Positions 27,267 through 37,400 of a DNA stretch of 64,000 nt are shown here, piece by piece; positions within the stretch are counted from its first letter, which is position 1; each line of letters starts with the position of its first letter. Made by a program: the position numbers and the translations under genes. The notes under the pieces were generated by a model. It had not been told where the DNA came from and did not search any database. It worked only from the letters and a program-made list of their open reading frames with translations. Source of the DNA: Dehalococcoidia bacterium (GTDB lineage: Bacteria; Chloroflexota; Dehalococcoidia; UBA2979). The DNA is taken from the NCBI GenBank assembly GCA_963667465.2, contig CAXXDN010000002.1:64001-128000 (forward strand), given 5' to 3'.

Positions 27267-28901
27267 TCAGTCGCCGCGCGCGGCTGAGCGGCCGGCGAGG
27301 TAGCCGAAGGTGAGGGCGGGGCCGATCGTGCCGCCGCCCCCGCCGTAGCCGGGGCCGGTCGGCGCGGCGATCGTGTTGCCCGCGGCGTGCAGCCCGGCGA
27401 TCGGCTCGCCGCGCACGTCCAGCACGCGCCCCTCGGCGTCGACGCGCAGCCCGCTGCTCGTGCCGAGCACGGCGACATGCACCTCGATCGCATAGTAGGG
27501 CGGGCCGCCGATCGGGCCGAGCGTGCGGGCGCGGCCCTCGCGCGAAGAGTCGCCCGTCGCGCGGTCGTACGAGCCCTCGCCGCGCCCGAAGTCGGGGTCG
27601 GCGCCAAGCGCGGCCTGCTCGTCGAAGCGCGCGACCGTTTCGCGCAGGCTCGCGGCGTCAATGCCGCAGCGGGCGGCGAGCGCATCGAGGCTTGGCGAGG
27701 GCTCCAGCCACGGCGGGTCCGGCTCGCCGGGCGCGGCGCTGAGCAGACCATAGGCGCGGCGATAGGACTCGCCGAAGAGGAACCAGGCGGGGCGGTTCGG
27801 GTAGGTGAACGCGCCGGGGTCGAAGACGTGGAAGGCGCGCACGATGTCGTGGTAGTTCACCGCCTCGTTCACGAAGCGGCGTCCGAGGCGATTCACGAGG
27901 ATCGAGCCCGGCAGCGAACGCGGCCCGGAGAGGAAGCGCAGCTCGCCCTGCGCGTCGCCGGCGCTCGCGCCCTCGCCCGTGAGGCGCACGGCCAGCGTCC
28001 ACCACGCCTCGCCGAGGTTGGCGAGGGCCGCGCCGCGCTCCATGCCCATGCGGAGCGCGTCGCCCTCGGCGAGTCCCGGTGGGCTCAGCAGCGCGTCGAC
28101 GGGGCCGCGCAGCCACTCGCGGCGCAACTCGGCGTCCCACTCGAAGCCGCCCGCCGCCAGCACCACGCCCCGCCGCGCCTCGATGCGCAGCGTCTCGCCG
28201 TCGCGCTCGGCCTCGAGGCCGGCGACGCGCCCGGCGGCGTCGGTGAGCAGGCGGCGCGCCCGTACGGAGCGCTCGATGCGCACGCCGTGCCCGAGGGCGC
28301 CCGCGATCAGCGACCCGACGAGCCCGCGTCCGCCGACCCACTCGCCGGAGTCGAGCACGAGGCCGCCGCCGGACCAGCTCACGCTGTAGGGCAGCGGCCT
28401 GGTGATCGCCTCGGCGAGATCGCCGAGGGCGGATGGGTCGAAGGGCGCGGGGTCCAGCGAGCGGCCGTTGGCGGCCCCGCCGGGCAGGTCGGCCTGGTAG
28501 TCGGGGAAGGGCAGCACGCCGCCCGCGGGGTTGCCGCGCCCCGCCGCGCTGAAGCGCAGCGGCGTCTCCGCCTCCAGGAAGCGCGCGGCCTCCGGCGCGG
28601 CGGCGACGAATGCCTCGAGGACCGAGGGGTCGGCGCGGCCGAGCGAGATCGCGCGCAGGTAGTCGAGCGCGCGCTCCGGCGAGTCCGGCAGCTCCAGCTC
28701 GCGCATGTGGTCGTTGTTCGGCAGCCAGGCGACGCCGCCCGAGACCGCGGTGGTGCCGCCGAGGCGGTCCGAGCGTTCGAGCAGCAGCACCGAGCCGCCC
28801 TCGTGCTGCTCGTGCAGTGAAACCGAGGCGCTTACCGCGGCGCTGAGGCCAGCCGCACCCGACCCGACGACGACGACGTCAGCAGCCAGTTCGTTCGCCA
28901 T
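27267..28901 (-). CDS. FAD-dependent oxidoreductase, 3-ketosteroid delta1-dehydrogenase-like
   Basis: GSGAAG FAD motif, 'GGTTAVSGG', 'FPDY', 'RFVNEAVNY', 'YGGGGGTIG'. Confidence 0.85.
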   Translation of the reverse strand: MANELAADVVVVGSGAAGLSAAVSASVSLHEQHEGGSVLLLERSDRLGGTTAVSGGVAWLPNNDHMRELELPDSPERALDYLRAISLGRADPSVLEAFVAAAPEAARFLEAETPLRFSAAGRGNPAGGVLPFPDYQADLPGGAANGRSLDPAPFDPSALGDLAEAITRPLPYSVSWSGGGLVLDSGEWVGGRGLVGSLIAGALGHGVRIERSVRARRLLTDAAGRVAGLEAERDGETLRIEARRGVVLAAGGFEWDAELRREWLRGPVDALLSPPGLAEGDALRMGMERGAALANLGEAWWTLAVRLTGEGASAGDAQGELRFLSGPRSLPGSILVNRLGRRFVNEAVNYHDIVRAFHVFDPGAFTYPNRPAWFLFGESYRRAYGLLSAAPGEPDPPWLEPSPSLDALAARCGIDAASLRETVARFDEQAALGADPDFGRGEGSYDRATGDSSREGRARTLGPIGGPPYYAIEVHVAVLGTSSGLRVDAEGRVLDVRGEPIAGLHAAGNTIAAPTGPGYGGGGGTIGPALTFGYLAGRSAARGD

Positions 28902-28969
28902 GCGGCCATCGTACCCGCGAGCCGCGATACCATCGCTCCGGCCATTGCCCGCAGCCCCGAGGGGGAGTC

Positions 28970-30340
28970 ATGTCGCAGCCGTATCGCTACCCGGACCCGG
29001 ACTCGAGGTCGGCGCAGTTCTTCGCGCGTGCGCGGGGCGTGCTCGCCAATGGCTACAGCCGCGTCGTCGCCTCGGCGCCTGGTCCGGGGCCGTACGTGCT
29101 CTACGCGCGCTCGGCGCAGGGCGCGCGGGTGACCGACGCCGACGGGCAGGAGTTGATCGACTTCAACAACAACAACACGGCGCTGATTCACGGCCACGCG
29201 CACCCCGCGATCGTCGAGGCGGTCTCGAAGCAGATCGCGTCCGGCAGCGCCTACAGCTTCGGCAGCGAAGCCGAGCTCGACCTCGCCGAGTTGCTGCAGG
29301 AGCGCGTGCCGAGCTGCGATCGGCTGCGCTTCTCCAACTCCGGCACGGAGGCGGTGATGATGGCGATCCGCACCGCCCGCGCCTACACCGGCCGCCCCAG
29401 GATTGCGAAGATCGAGGGCGCCTACCACGGCACGTACGACTACTCGGAGATCTCCTACTGGCCGGGCTCCGATGTCTGGGGCGAGCCCGACCCGGTGCCC
29501 GTGCCCAACGCCGTGGGCGTGCCGCAGACCATCCTCGACGACACGATCGTGATCCCCTGGAACGACCCCGAGGCGGGCGAGCGCCTCCTCGAGCCGCACG
29601 CCGAACAGCTGGCGGCCGTCCTGCTCGACCCCGTCTCGGACGTGGCGGCGCTGGTCCCGCCGACGCCCGAGTTCATTGCGATGCTGCGCGACTTCACCCG
29701 CCGGCACGGCATCGTCTTCATCGTCGACGAAGTCGTCTCGCTGCGGCTCGGCTACGGGGGCGCGCAGGGCGAGTTCGGCATCGAGCCGGACCTCACCACC
29801 TTCGCGAAGATCATCGGCGGCGGTTTCCCTGTCGGCGGGATGGGCGGCAGCGAGGAAATCATGCGCGTCTTCGAGGGCAGCTTCTTTGCCCCCGACCCGG
29901 CCGACCGCCCGCGCATCTCGCACGGCGGCACCTTCAACGGCAACGTCACCTCGATGACCGCGGGGCTGGCGGCGATGGAGCTGCTGACGCCCGCGGTGTG
30001 CGATCGTTTGAACGCGCTCGGCGAGTACGCGCGCGAGGCGCTGCGTGGCGCCTTCGACTCCGCGGGCTATCCCGGCCAGGTGACGGGCATGGGCTCGTTC
30101 TTCCGGCTGCACCTCACCACGCGCCCGATCCGCAACTACCGCGACTCGTGGTGGCGGGAGGATGAGCGAGGCTGGATCTTCCAGCTGCAGGGCCACCTGC
30201 TGCGCAACGGCGTGTTCATGCAGCCGCACATGGGCTGCCTCTCCACCGCGATGACCGAGGCCGACCTCGATCACCTCGCGGGGGCCGTTGAGAGCGGCCT
30301 GCGCGACCTGCTCGCCGAGGGCAAGGCGCCGCAGGCGTGA
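28970..30340 (+). CDS. Class III PLP aminotransferase (GSA aminomutase-like)
   Basis: 'NSGTEA', 'GAYHG', 'DEVVS', 'TFAKIIGGGFPVG', 'HGGTFNGN'. Confidence 0.9.
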   Translation: MSQPYRYPDPDSRSAQFFARARGVLANGYSRVVASAPGPGPYVLYARSAQGARVTDADGQELIDFNNNNTALIHGHAHPAIVEAVSKQIASGSAYSFGSEAELDLAELLQERVPSCDRLRFSNSGTEAVMMAIRTARAYTGRPRIAKIEGAYHGTYDYSEISYWPGSDVWGEPDPVPVPNAVGVPQTILDDTIVIPWNDPEAGERLLEPHAEQLAAVLLDPVSDVAALVPPTPEFIAMLRDFTRRHGIVFIVDEVVSLRLGYGGAQGEFGIEPDLTTFAKIIGGGFPVGGMGGSEEIMRVFEGSFFAPDPADRPRISHGGTFNGNVTSMTAGLAAMELLTPAVCDRLNALGEYAREALRGAFDSAGYPGQVTGMGSFFRLHLTTRPIRNYRDSWWREDERGWIFQLQGHLLRNGVFMQPHMGCLSTAMTEADLDHLAGAVESGLRDLLAEGKAPQA

Positions 30341-30353
30341 GAGGCTGCCGCCG

Positions 30354-31298
30354 TCAGGCCGGAGCGACGGGGGTGAGCAGGCGGCGCGGATTGCCGACGA
30401 GCATCGTCTCGATCTGCGACTCGCTCACGCCGCGCTCGCGCAGCGCGGGCAGCACCACCTCGTGGATCGTCGTGAACTTCCAGAGCGGGTGGTCCGGCAG
30501 CTCAAGGCCGCGCGGCAGTGCATCGTACGAAGTGGCCGCGTCGTGCGAGAGCAGCACGCTCGCCTCGAGGCCGCGCTTGCAGAGCGCCGCGACCGTCTCG
30601 ATGCGCTCGGCGACGGGCAGCACCACGTCGAGCCCGAAGCGGTCCATCCCGATGAAGCTGCCACGCGCCGCGAGCCGTTCGAGATAGTCGAGGTCCGTGG
30701 TGTCGCCGACGTGCCCGACCGCGACCTGCGTGAGGTCGACGCCCTCGTCGACAAGGACCTCCTGCTGCCGCGCGCCGCTCTCGGTCAGCGCCTCGCTGTG
30801 GGTGATGATCGGGACGCCGGTGGCGAGGTGCGCGCGCGCGATCAGGCGCAGCAGGCGCTCGTTCTCCTCCGTCACCTCCTCGGCGCTGGCGATCTTGAGC
30901 GCTCCGGCGCGGATACTCGTACCGCCGATACCGCGCTCGATGTCGTCGACGAAGAGCTCGACGATGCGCTCGTCGGGCGCATGCAGCAGGAAGCGCGAGG
31001 GGCGGAGGTGCACGCCCGTGCAGACGACGATCTGGACCTCGGCGCGCTCGCCGATCTCCTGCTGCATCGTGACGTCGCGCCCGAGGTCGATGGTGGTCAG
31101 GTCGACGAGCGTGCGCACGCCGACGGACGCCGCCCGCGAGAGCAGGTCGACGGCGTTGGCGACCTCGGCGGGGCGGTCGAAGGCCTGCGGCCAGTTCAGC
31201 TCGAGGCCGGGCGAGACCATCGCAAGGTGCTCGTGGAAGAGCGTGACGCCGAGGTCCCCGGGAGCGACCTCGCCGGTCACGGTGGAAATCGTCGCCAT
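30354..31298 (-). CDS. Phosphotriesterase-like (PTE/PLL) amidohydrolase
   Basis: HEH, conserved Lys in 'LKIA', TH, GH and SHD ligands; GGAGG RBS. Confidence 0.9.
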   Translation of the reverse strand: MATISTVTGEVAPGDLGVTLFHEHLAMVSPGLELNWPQAFDRPAEVANAVDLLSRAASVGVRTLVDLTTIDLGRDVTMQQEIGERAEVQIVVCTGVHLRPSRFLLHAPDERIVELFVDDIERGIGGTSIRAGALKIASAEEVTEENERLLRLIARAHLATGVPIITHSEALTESGARQQEVLVDEGVDLTQVAVGHVGDTTDLDYLERLAARGSFIGMDRFGLDVVLPVAERIETVAALCKRGLEASVLLSHDAATSYDALPRGLELPDHPLWKFTTIHEVVLPALRERGVSESQIETMLVGNPRRLLTPVAPA

Positions 31299-31384
31299 CG
31301 GCAACCTCCGTCGCTTGCCCGCCGCGGCGGGCGACCGCTCGTACGGTAGCGCCTTCGGCGCTGGCGGGCATGCCGCGGCCGTGA

Positions 31385-32206
31385 GTGGGTGCGCCTGTGG
31401 TTGAGTGGGTCCTGCTGCTCCTGGTCGGCTTCGTGGTCGGCGTCTACGCCGGGTCCGTCGGGGCGGGCGGCGGCTTCCTGTTCGCGCCGATCCTGCTGTG
31501 GCGTTACCCGGAGGCGCCGCCCGAGGAGATTACGACGGCGACGCTGGCCGCGGTCGCCCTCGCGAATGCCGTGGCAGCGGCCTACGCCTGGCTGCACGGG
31601 CGTGTGGACCGCCCGCTCGCCGGGGCGCTGGTCGTCGCCGCGTTGCCGGCCGCGCTGCTGGGGGCCGCTGCGACGTCCCTGATGCCGCGCGCGGCGTTCG
31701 CGTTCGCCTTCGGGCTGCTGCTCGTCTGCACCGGGGTCTACCTGATCTGGCAGCCGGTGGCGCACTTCGTCGCGCCGCTGCGCTCCGGCTGGAGCCGCGA
31801 GTTGCGCGATCGGGCCGGTGTGAGCTTCAGCTACCGCGTGCCGGTCTGGCGCAGCCTCTTCGCCGCGGCCGGCGCGGCGGGCATCAGCACGCTCGTCGGC
31901 CTCGGCGGTGGGCTGTTTTACACGCCGCTCGCGGTGCGCGTGATGCGCATCCCGCACGCGCTCGCGGTGCCGACCGCGCAGGTGCTGATCACCGCGGTCG
32001 CGGCGGCCGGCGTTGGGCTGCACCTGGTGGCGGGCCACACCGGCGATCCGCTGAACGACATGCCGCCGCTGACGTTGGGCGTGATCGCCTCCGTACCGCT
32101 TGCCCGCAAGCTCCACGACCGGCTGGGCGAGGGCCTGCTTACGCGCGCGCTGGCGGCGGGGATCTTCCTCGTCGGCGTGCAGACGGCGGCATTGGCCTTT
32201 AGCTGA
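31385..32206 (+). CDS. TauE/SafE family sulfite exporter
   Basis: 'GSVGAGGGFL' and 'VGLGGGLF' internal repeats, multiple TM; start approximate. Confidence 0.85.
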   Translation: MGAPVVEWVLLLLVGFVVGVYAGSVGAGGGFLFAPILLWRYPEAPPEEITTATLAAVALANAVAAAYAWLHGRVDRPLAGALVVAALPAALLGAAATSLMPRAAFAFAFGLLLVCTGVYLIWQPVAHFVAPLRSGWSRELRDRAGVSFSYRVPVWRSLFAAAGAAGISTLVGLGGGLFYTPLAVRVMRIPHALAVPTAQVLITAVAAAGVGLHLVAGHTGDPLNDMPPLTLGVIASVPLARKLHDRLGEGLLTRALAAGIFLVGVQTAALAFS

Positions 32207-32786
32207 CGCCGTACTCCTCGAGGATCACGCTCGATTCGAAGCTGGAGACGGCGCGGCGCAGGATCAGCAGGTCGTACTTCTTGCCGTCGCGGTCGCGCAC
32301 GTGCTCGTGCAGCACCGCCTCGTTCTCGAAGCCGAGGTTCTGGAAGACCGTGATCGCCGTGCGCTGGTCCGTGGTCATCTGCGCGACCATCTTCTCCACG
32401 CCCATCTCCGAGGCGATGCGGAACGCCTCGGTGGTCAGCAACCGGCCCAGCCCCTGCCCGCGCAGCGAGTCGGAGACCATCACGCGCAGCTCCGCGACGT
32501 GCCGCATCCACTCGAGGCGGCTGCGATCGACGACGGCATAGCCGACCACCGCGTCCTCGCGGATCGCCAGCACCGTCGCCAGCTCGCCCGCGACGACGGA
32601 TGCGATCCAGCCGTCGACCTCCGCGGGGCGGGTGATGTCGCGACGCAGGAACAGCAGGTCGTGCGACGGCAGCGACCGCGCGAAGGCGAGGATCGCGTCA
32701 CGGTCGGCGGGCTCGGGCGGGCGCAGGAGCACCGCGCCCTCGCGCAGCGCCAGCTCGACGGGGTAGCGGTCCGCTGTCGTGGTCAT
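32199..32786 (-). CDS. GNAT family N-acetyltransferase
   Basis: 'RGQGLGRLL', 'FQNLGFENE'. Confidence 0.88.
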   Translation of the reverse strand: MTTTADRYPVELALREGAVLLRPPEPADRDAILAFARSLPSHDLLFLRRDITRPAEVDGWIASVVAGELATVLAIREDAVVGYAVVDRSRLEWMRHVAELRVMVSDSLRGQGLGRLLTTEAFRIASEMGVEKMVAQMTTDQRTAITVFQNLGFENEAVLHEHVRDRDGKKYDLLILRRAVSSFESSVILEEYGVS

Positions 32787-32893
32787 GCCAAGTCGATCTC
32801 GCGCCCTGCGCGCCCCGCTGTCAAGAGGGCGCGGCGGCTCGCCCTCGCTGGTGAGGCCGCCGCTGCCCCGCTATCGTGCCCGCGGGAGGGACC

Positions 32894-33892
32894 ATGGCCG
32901 GCATCCTGACGTCCGCGACGTTCCTGCAACGCTACGGCGAGCAGCTCCGCCGCGCGGCGGCCGCTGCCGCCATCGAGGCCGAGCTGATCACGCTGCCGAC
33001 CGACCCGGAGGCGCGGCTCAGCGACGAGGACTGCGAGCGGATCGAGATCGCCTGTTACAGCCTCGACCTGATCGACAGTCCGTGGGGGCGCAGCTTCTTC
33101 TCCTCGCTCTACCGCGCGCCCCGGCTGAGCTGGCTGCACACGCGCAACGCCGGGGTCGATCACCCCATCTTCGGGCGCTTCCTGGAGCGCGGCGTCACCC
33201 TCACCACCTCGGCCGGTGCGGCGGCCGAGCCGATCGCGCAGTCGACGATCGCCGGGCTGCTCGCGCTCTCGTGCGGCTTTCCGGAGTACGCCGAGGCGCA
33301 GCGGCGCCACGCCTGGGAGCAGGCCGACGAGGACGCGCGCCCCGACCTGCTCGACCAGACGCTCGTCGTCTTTGGCCTCGGTGCGATCGGGTCGGCGATC
33401 GCGCGCATCGCGCAGGCGATCGGGCTGCACGTCGTCGGCGTGCGGCGCAGCCCGGCTCGCGAGGGCGACCCCGTCGACGAGCTGCGCCATCCCGACGAAC
33501 TGCCCTCGTTGCTGCCGCGCACCGACTGGCTCGCGCTGGCCTGTCCGCTCACCCCGGAGACGCGAGGGCTGTTCGACGCCTCGGTGTTTGCGGCGATGCC
33601 TCGTGGCTCGCACGTGCTGAACGTCGCGCGCGGCCCGGTCGTCGACGAGCCGGCGCTGATCGAGGCGCTGCAATCGGGACAGCTCGGCGGCGCCTACCTC
33701 GACGTCTTCGAGGAGGAACCGCTGCCCGGGGAGTCACCGCTATGGGACATGCCGCGCGTGATCGTCACGCCGCACAACTCCGGCGCCTCAAGCGGCAACG
33801 ACCCGCGATCGGCGTCGATCTTTTTCGATAACCTCGGACGCTGGGAGCGCGGCGAGCCGCTGCGCAACGTCGTCCGCGAGGCCGGCGAGTAG
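32894..33892 (+). CDS. D-2-hydroxyacid dehydrogenase family
   Basis: GLGAIG, 'PLTPETRG', 'NVARG', 'DVFEEEP', 'TPHNS'. Confidence 0.92.
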   Translation: MAGILTSATFLQRYGEQLRRAAAAAAIEAELITLPTDPEARLSDEDCERIEIACYSLDLIDSPWGRSFFSSLYRAPRLSWLHTRNAGVDHPIFGRFLERGVTLTTSAGAAAEPIAQSTIAGLLALSCGFPEYAEAQRRHAWEQADEDARPDLLDQTLVVFGLGAIGSAIARIAQAIGLHVVGVRRSPAREGDPVDELRHPDELPSLLPRTDWLALACPLTPETRGLFDASVFAAMPRGSHVLNVARGPVVDEPALIEALQSGQLGGAYLDVFEEEPLPGESPLWDMPRVIVTPHNSGASSGNDPRSASIFFDNLGRWERGEPLRNVVREAGE

Positions 33893-33921
33893 CGCGGCGC
33901 GGCTCCGGAAGGGAGACGGCG

Positions 33922-34806
33922 ATGGAGAAACCATATCTGACGATCTGGGATCAGCCCGGCGGGCGCGCGGACCAGATCGCGTTCGTCCAGGAGCTCGAGC
34001 GGCGGGGTTTCCCCGGCGTGTGGGCGCCGAGCCGCGGCGACAACATCGCGCTGCTGCTCGCTATCCTCGAGCGCACCGAACGGATCACGGTCGGCACGGG
34101 CATCGCGCACATCTACCTGCGGCACCCGCTGCTGATGGGGCAGGCCGGCTCGCTGATCGAGGAGCTGCACCCCGGGCGGCTGCTGCTCGGGCTCGGCGTA
34201 TCGCACCAGCCGATGCACAAGGCGCTGGGGCTCAGCGTCGGCCGGCCGCTCGCGGACATGCGCGAGTACGTCGCCGCGATGCGCGCGGACGCCGAGGGTG
34301 CCCCCTTCCCGCGCCTCGTCCTCGCGACGCTGCGCCGCCGCATGACGGCGCTCGCGGGCGAGATCGCCGAGGGCGCGCTCTGGGCGAACGGCATCCGCTC
34401 GCACATGGCCAGCTCGCTCTCCGGGATCTCTCCCGAACGCCGTGAGGGATTCTTCGCCGGCAACCTGCTGGTTACGGCCGTCGACGACGACCGCGCGGCC
34501 GCCCTCGCCGCCGCGCGCGACGGGCTGCGCCGCTACTTTGAACTGCCCTACTACCAGGCCTACTTCGAGGAGGCCGGCTACCACGACGAGGTCGCCGCAG
34601 CCCGAGGGGCGATCAGGGCGGGCGACGGCGAGGCGCTGCTCGCGGCGATCTCGGAGCGCTTCATCGCTGACTGCTGCCTCGCCGGCACGGCCTCCGAGGT
34701 GCGCGACCAGGCGGAAGCCTGGGCTGAGGAGGGAGTGACGCTCGTGCTCTCGCCCTCGCTCCGCGATCCGCGCGGCCTCGAGCGGGCGCTCGCCGCCTTC
34801 GAATAG
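33922..34806 (+). CDS. LLM class flavin/F420-dependent oxidoreductase
   Basis: 'ITVGTGIA', 'GRLLLGLGVSH'. Confidence 0.85.
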   Translation: MEKPYLTIWDQPGGRADQIAFVQELERRGFPGVWAPSRGDNIALLLAILERTERITVGTGIAHIYLRHPLLMGQAGSLIEELHPGRLLLGLGVSHQPMHKALGLSVGRPLADMREYVAAMRADAEGAPFPRLVLATLRRRMTALAGEIAEGALWANGIRSHMASSLSGISPERREGFFAGNLLVTAVDDDRAAALAAARDGLRRYFELPYYQAYFEEAGYHDEVAAARGAIRAGDGEALLAAISERFIADCCLAGTASEVRDQAEAWAEEGVTLVLSPSLRDPRGLERALAAFE

Positions 34807-34863
34807 CGCGCAAGGCCGCCCGGCCGGGCATTCCGTTCGTTAACCCTCCGTCCCGTACGATGG

Positions 34864-36255
34864 GTGGCAATGGCGCTGCCCCCTCAGTTCGACGAACCGG
34901 CATTCGAGGGTCTCCACCGCATCGATCGCGCCCTCGACGCCGGTCAGGCGCACGTCTTTCGTGTCCTCTGGTTCTGGCTCCCCCCGGGGTCGGTGGCGAG
35001 GAACCCGCAGTTCCAGGCGCTGCTCGCCTCGCGCTTCCTCACCGACGTCGCAATCAACGCGCTGATCTTCGGTGCGCTGATCTCGACGGCGCGCGGGGAT
35101 GGTGGAGCCCTCGAGGCAGCGCTGCTCGGTACGGCCTTCCTGCTGCCCAGCCTCCTGCTCGGGCTCTACGGCGGCGCCGTCGCCGACGCCCTCCCGAAGC
35201 GTGTCGCCCTCGCCGGCGCCTACGTGGGGATGGGCGTGCTCACGCTCGCCGTCGCGTTCGCGCTCGGCTCGGACTTCGGCTCGCTGCTGCTCGTGATCTT
35301 CGTGGTGCGCATCCTCCACCAGTTCTCGCAGCCCTCCGAGGCGTCCACGCTCCCCCTGGTCGCGACGGCCGAGGAGCTGGCGGCGGCGAACTCGATGCTC
35401 GGCCTGGTTTCCTCGGCGGCGGACCTGCTGGGCAAGGCCGTGCTCGCTCCGCTGATCGTGCGCGCCTACGGGGTGGACCCGGTGACGATCATCGCCGGGT
35501 TCCTCTTCCTCCTCTCCGCCAGCCGCGTCTTCGACCTGCGCCCGGCGCCGTACCCCGGGCCGGTCGAGAGCCGGCGCGGAGCACTCCCGGCCTCGACGCT
35601 GGGCGTCGTGCGCTGGCTGCTCGCCGAACGGCAGGTGATGTGGATGCTGGTGCTGGCCGCGCTGGCAAGCACGATCAACGTCGTCCTCGCGATGCTCGGG
35701 CCGCAGTACGTCGCCGAGGTGCTCGATGTCGACCCGGTAAACACGCTCTACGTCTTCGCGCCCGCTCCGCTTGGGCTGCTGGCCGCGCTCGCCCTCGCGC
35801 CGCTGCTGATCCGCTGGGCGGGAGAGCGCCCGATCGCGATCCTCGGCTTCGTGCTCGTCTCCTCAGCGGTGACGGCGCTCGGCCTCGTCGCCACGCTGAC
35901 CGACCTGTTCGGCTGGCTGCTGTTCTTCGGCATTCCCGGCGTGGGGCCGCGGGTGGAGATGGCGGCGTTGCTCTCGATGTTCCTCGGGGCCGGCGTGACG
36001 CTGGCGGTCGTGGCCACGCAGACCTACATCAGCCGCACGGTCCCGCTGCGCATCCAGGGCCGCGCCTTCGCGCTGCTCGGCGTGCTCAAGGACGGCTTCG
36101 CGATCCCGCCGCTGCTCCTGCTCGGAGCGATCGCGAGCACGGTCGGCGTGGACACGGTGATCACCGTCGCGCCGATCTTTCTGCTGCTGCTCGCGGTGGC
36201 GATCGACCGCACGGTCAGCCGCTTCCGCGCGCCCGCGCCCGGCATGCTGCCCTGA
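34864..36255 (+). CDS. MFS transporter
   Basis: About 12 TM; 'GGAVADALPKR' motif A, 'IQGRAFA'. Confidence 0.85.
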   Translation: MAMALPPQFDEPAFEGLHRIDRALDAGQAHVFRVLWFWLPPGSVARNPQFQALLASRFLTDVAINALIFGALISTARGDGGALEAALLGTAFLLPSLLLGLYGGAVADALPKRVALAGAYVGMGVLTLAVAFALGSDFGSLLLVIFVVRILHQFSQPSEASTLPLVATAEELAAANSMLGLVSSAADLLGKAVLAPLIVRAYGVDPVTIIAGFLFLLSASRVFDLRPAPYPGPVESRRGALPASTLGVVRWLLAERQVMWMLVLAALASTINVVLAMLGPQYVAEVLDVDPVNTLYVFAPAPLGLLAALALAPLLIRWAGERPIAILGFVLVSSAVTALGLVATLTDLFGWLLFFGIPGVGPRVEMAALLSMFLGAGVTLAVVATQTYISRTVPLRIQGRAFALLGVLKDGFAIPPLLLLGAIASTVGVDTVITVAPIFLLLLAVAIDRTVSRFRAPAPGMLP

Positions 36256-36274
36256 CCGCCGCCGCGAGGACGCG

Positions 36275-37327
36275 CTACGGGTAGAGCGGGGTGCGCTCGA
36301 GGCCGGCCGTCTGGTCGAGGCCGAACATCAGGTTGAGGTTCTGTAGCGCGTTGCCGCTCTGCCCCTTCAGCAGGTTGTCGATCGAGGAGATCACGACCAC
36401 CCGCCGCTCGTCCGGCGAAGTCACGAGCGAGATGTCGCAGTAGTTCGAGCCCGCCGTCTGCTTCAGCGCGGGCGGCGCGTCCAGCACGCGCACGAACGGC
36501 GCGCCCTCGTAGAACTCGCGGAAGCGCTCGAGCAGCGCCTCGCGCGAGGCGCTGCGGCTCAGCGTCAGGTGCATCGTGCTGAGGATGCCGCGTGTCGTGC
36601 CGAGGAGGTGAGGTACGAAGAGGACGCTCGCCGTGCCGCCCGCGAGGCTGCCCAGCGTCTGCTCGGCCTCGACGACGTGCTGATGGCTGAACACGCGGTA
36701 GGGGACGACGTTGTCGTTGAGGTGCGAGAAGTGCTGCGCGGCCGCCGGCTTCTTGCCAGCGCCCGAGGAGCCCGTGAGCCCGTCGACCACGACCGAGCTG
36801 CCCTCGACCAGCCCGTCGGCGAAGAGCGGCGCGAGGCCGAGCGTGATGCCGACGGCGAAGCAGCCCGGGTTGCCGACGATCGGGGCCTCGGCCACCGCTG
36901 CGGCGTGCAGCTCGGGCACGCCGTAGCAGGCACTGCCGAGCAGCGGGGCGGCCCGGTGCCCGCCGTCGCCGATCGAGGGGTGCGCCGCCGCGTAGCGCGC
37001 GTACGAGGCCTCGTCGGGGAAGCGGAAGTCACCGGAGTAGTCGAGGAAGCGCACACCCGCCTCGGCGAGCGCCGCCGCGTAACCCATCGAGACCTGGTCG
37101 GGCGTGGAGAAGACGACCACGTCGCAGTCCGCGCCGATGTCGGCCGCGTCCGGGGCCTGCACGACGAGGTCCGTGCGGCCTGCGAGGTGCGGGTAGATGT
37201 CCGCGATCGGCCGCCCGGCGTCGTCGCGCGCGATCAGCGCCGAAGGCTCGAGCACGGGGTGCTGGAGCAGCAGTTCGAGGATGCCGAGGCCGCCGTAGCC
37301 GGTCGCCCCGACGATCTGCACGCGCAT
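36275..37327 (-). CDS. argC: N-acetyl-gamma-glutamyl-phosphate reductase
   Basis: 'VGATGYGG', 'NPGCF', 'SSGAGK', 'DNLLKGQSG'. Confidence 0.93.
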   Translation of the reverse strand: MRVQIVGATGYGGLGILELLLQHPVLEPSALIARDDAGRPIADIYPHLAGRTDLVVQAPDAADIGADCDVVVFSTPDQVSMGYAAALAEAGVRFLDYSGDFRFPDEASYARYAAAHPSIGDGGHRAAPLLGSACYGVPELHAAAVAEAPIVGNPGCFAVGITLGLAPLFADGLVEGSSVVVDGLTGSSGAGKKPAAAQHFSHLNDNVVPYRVFSHQHVVEAEQTLGSLAGGTASVLFVPHLLGTTRGILSTMHLTLSRSASREALLERFREFYEGAPFVRVLDAPPALKQTAGSNYCDISLVTSPDERRVVVISSIDNLLKGQSGNALQNLNLMFGLDQTAGLERTPLYP

Positions 37328-37400
37328 GGTGGCCTCCGTCGGTCAGGTCCGCCCCTTGCAGGATATGCGGCAGCCGCGCCTGCCGGAAGGTTCGGCCCGG

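Noticed and set aside
28970-30340. Calling this hemL
   Set aside because: GSA-aminomutase-like fold, but in a catabolic context with no heme genes nearby; likely a paralog
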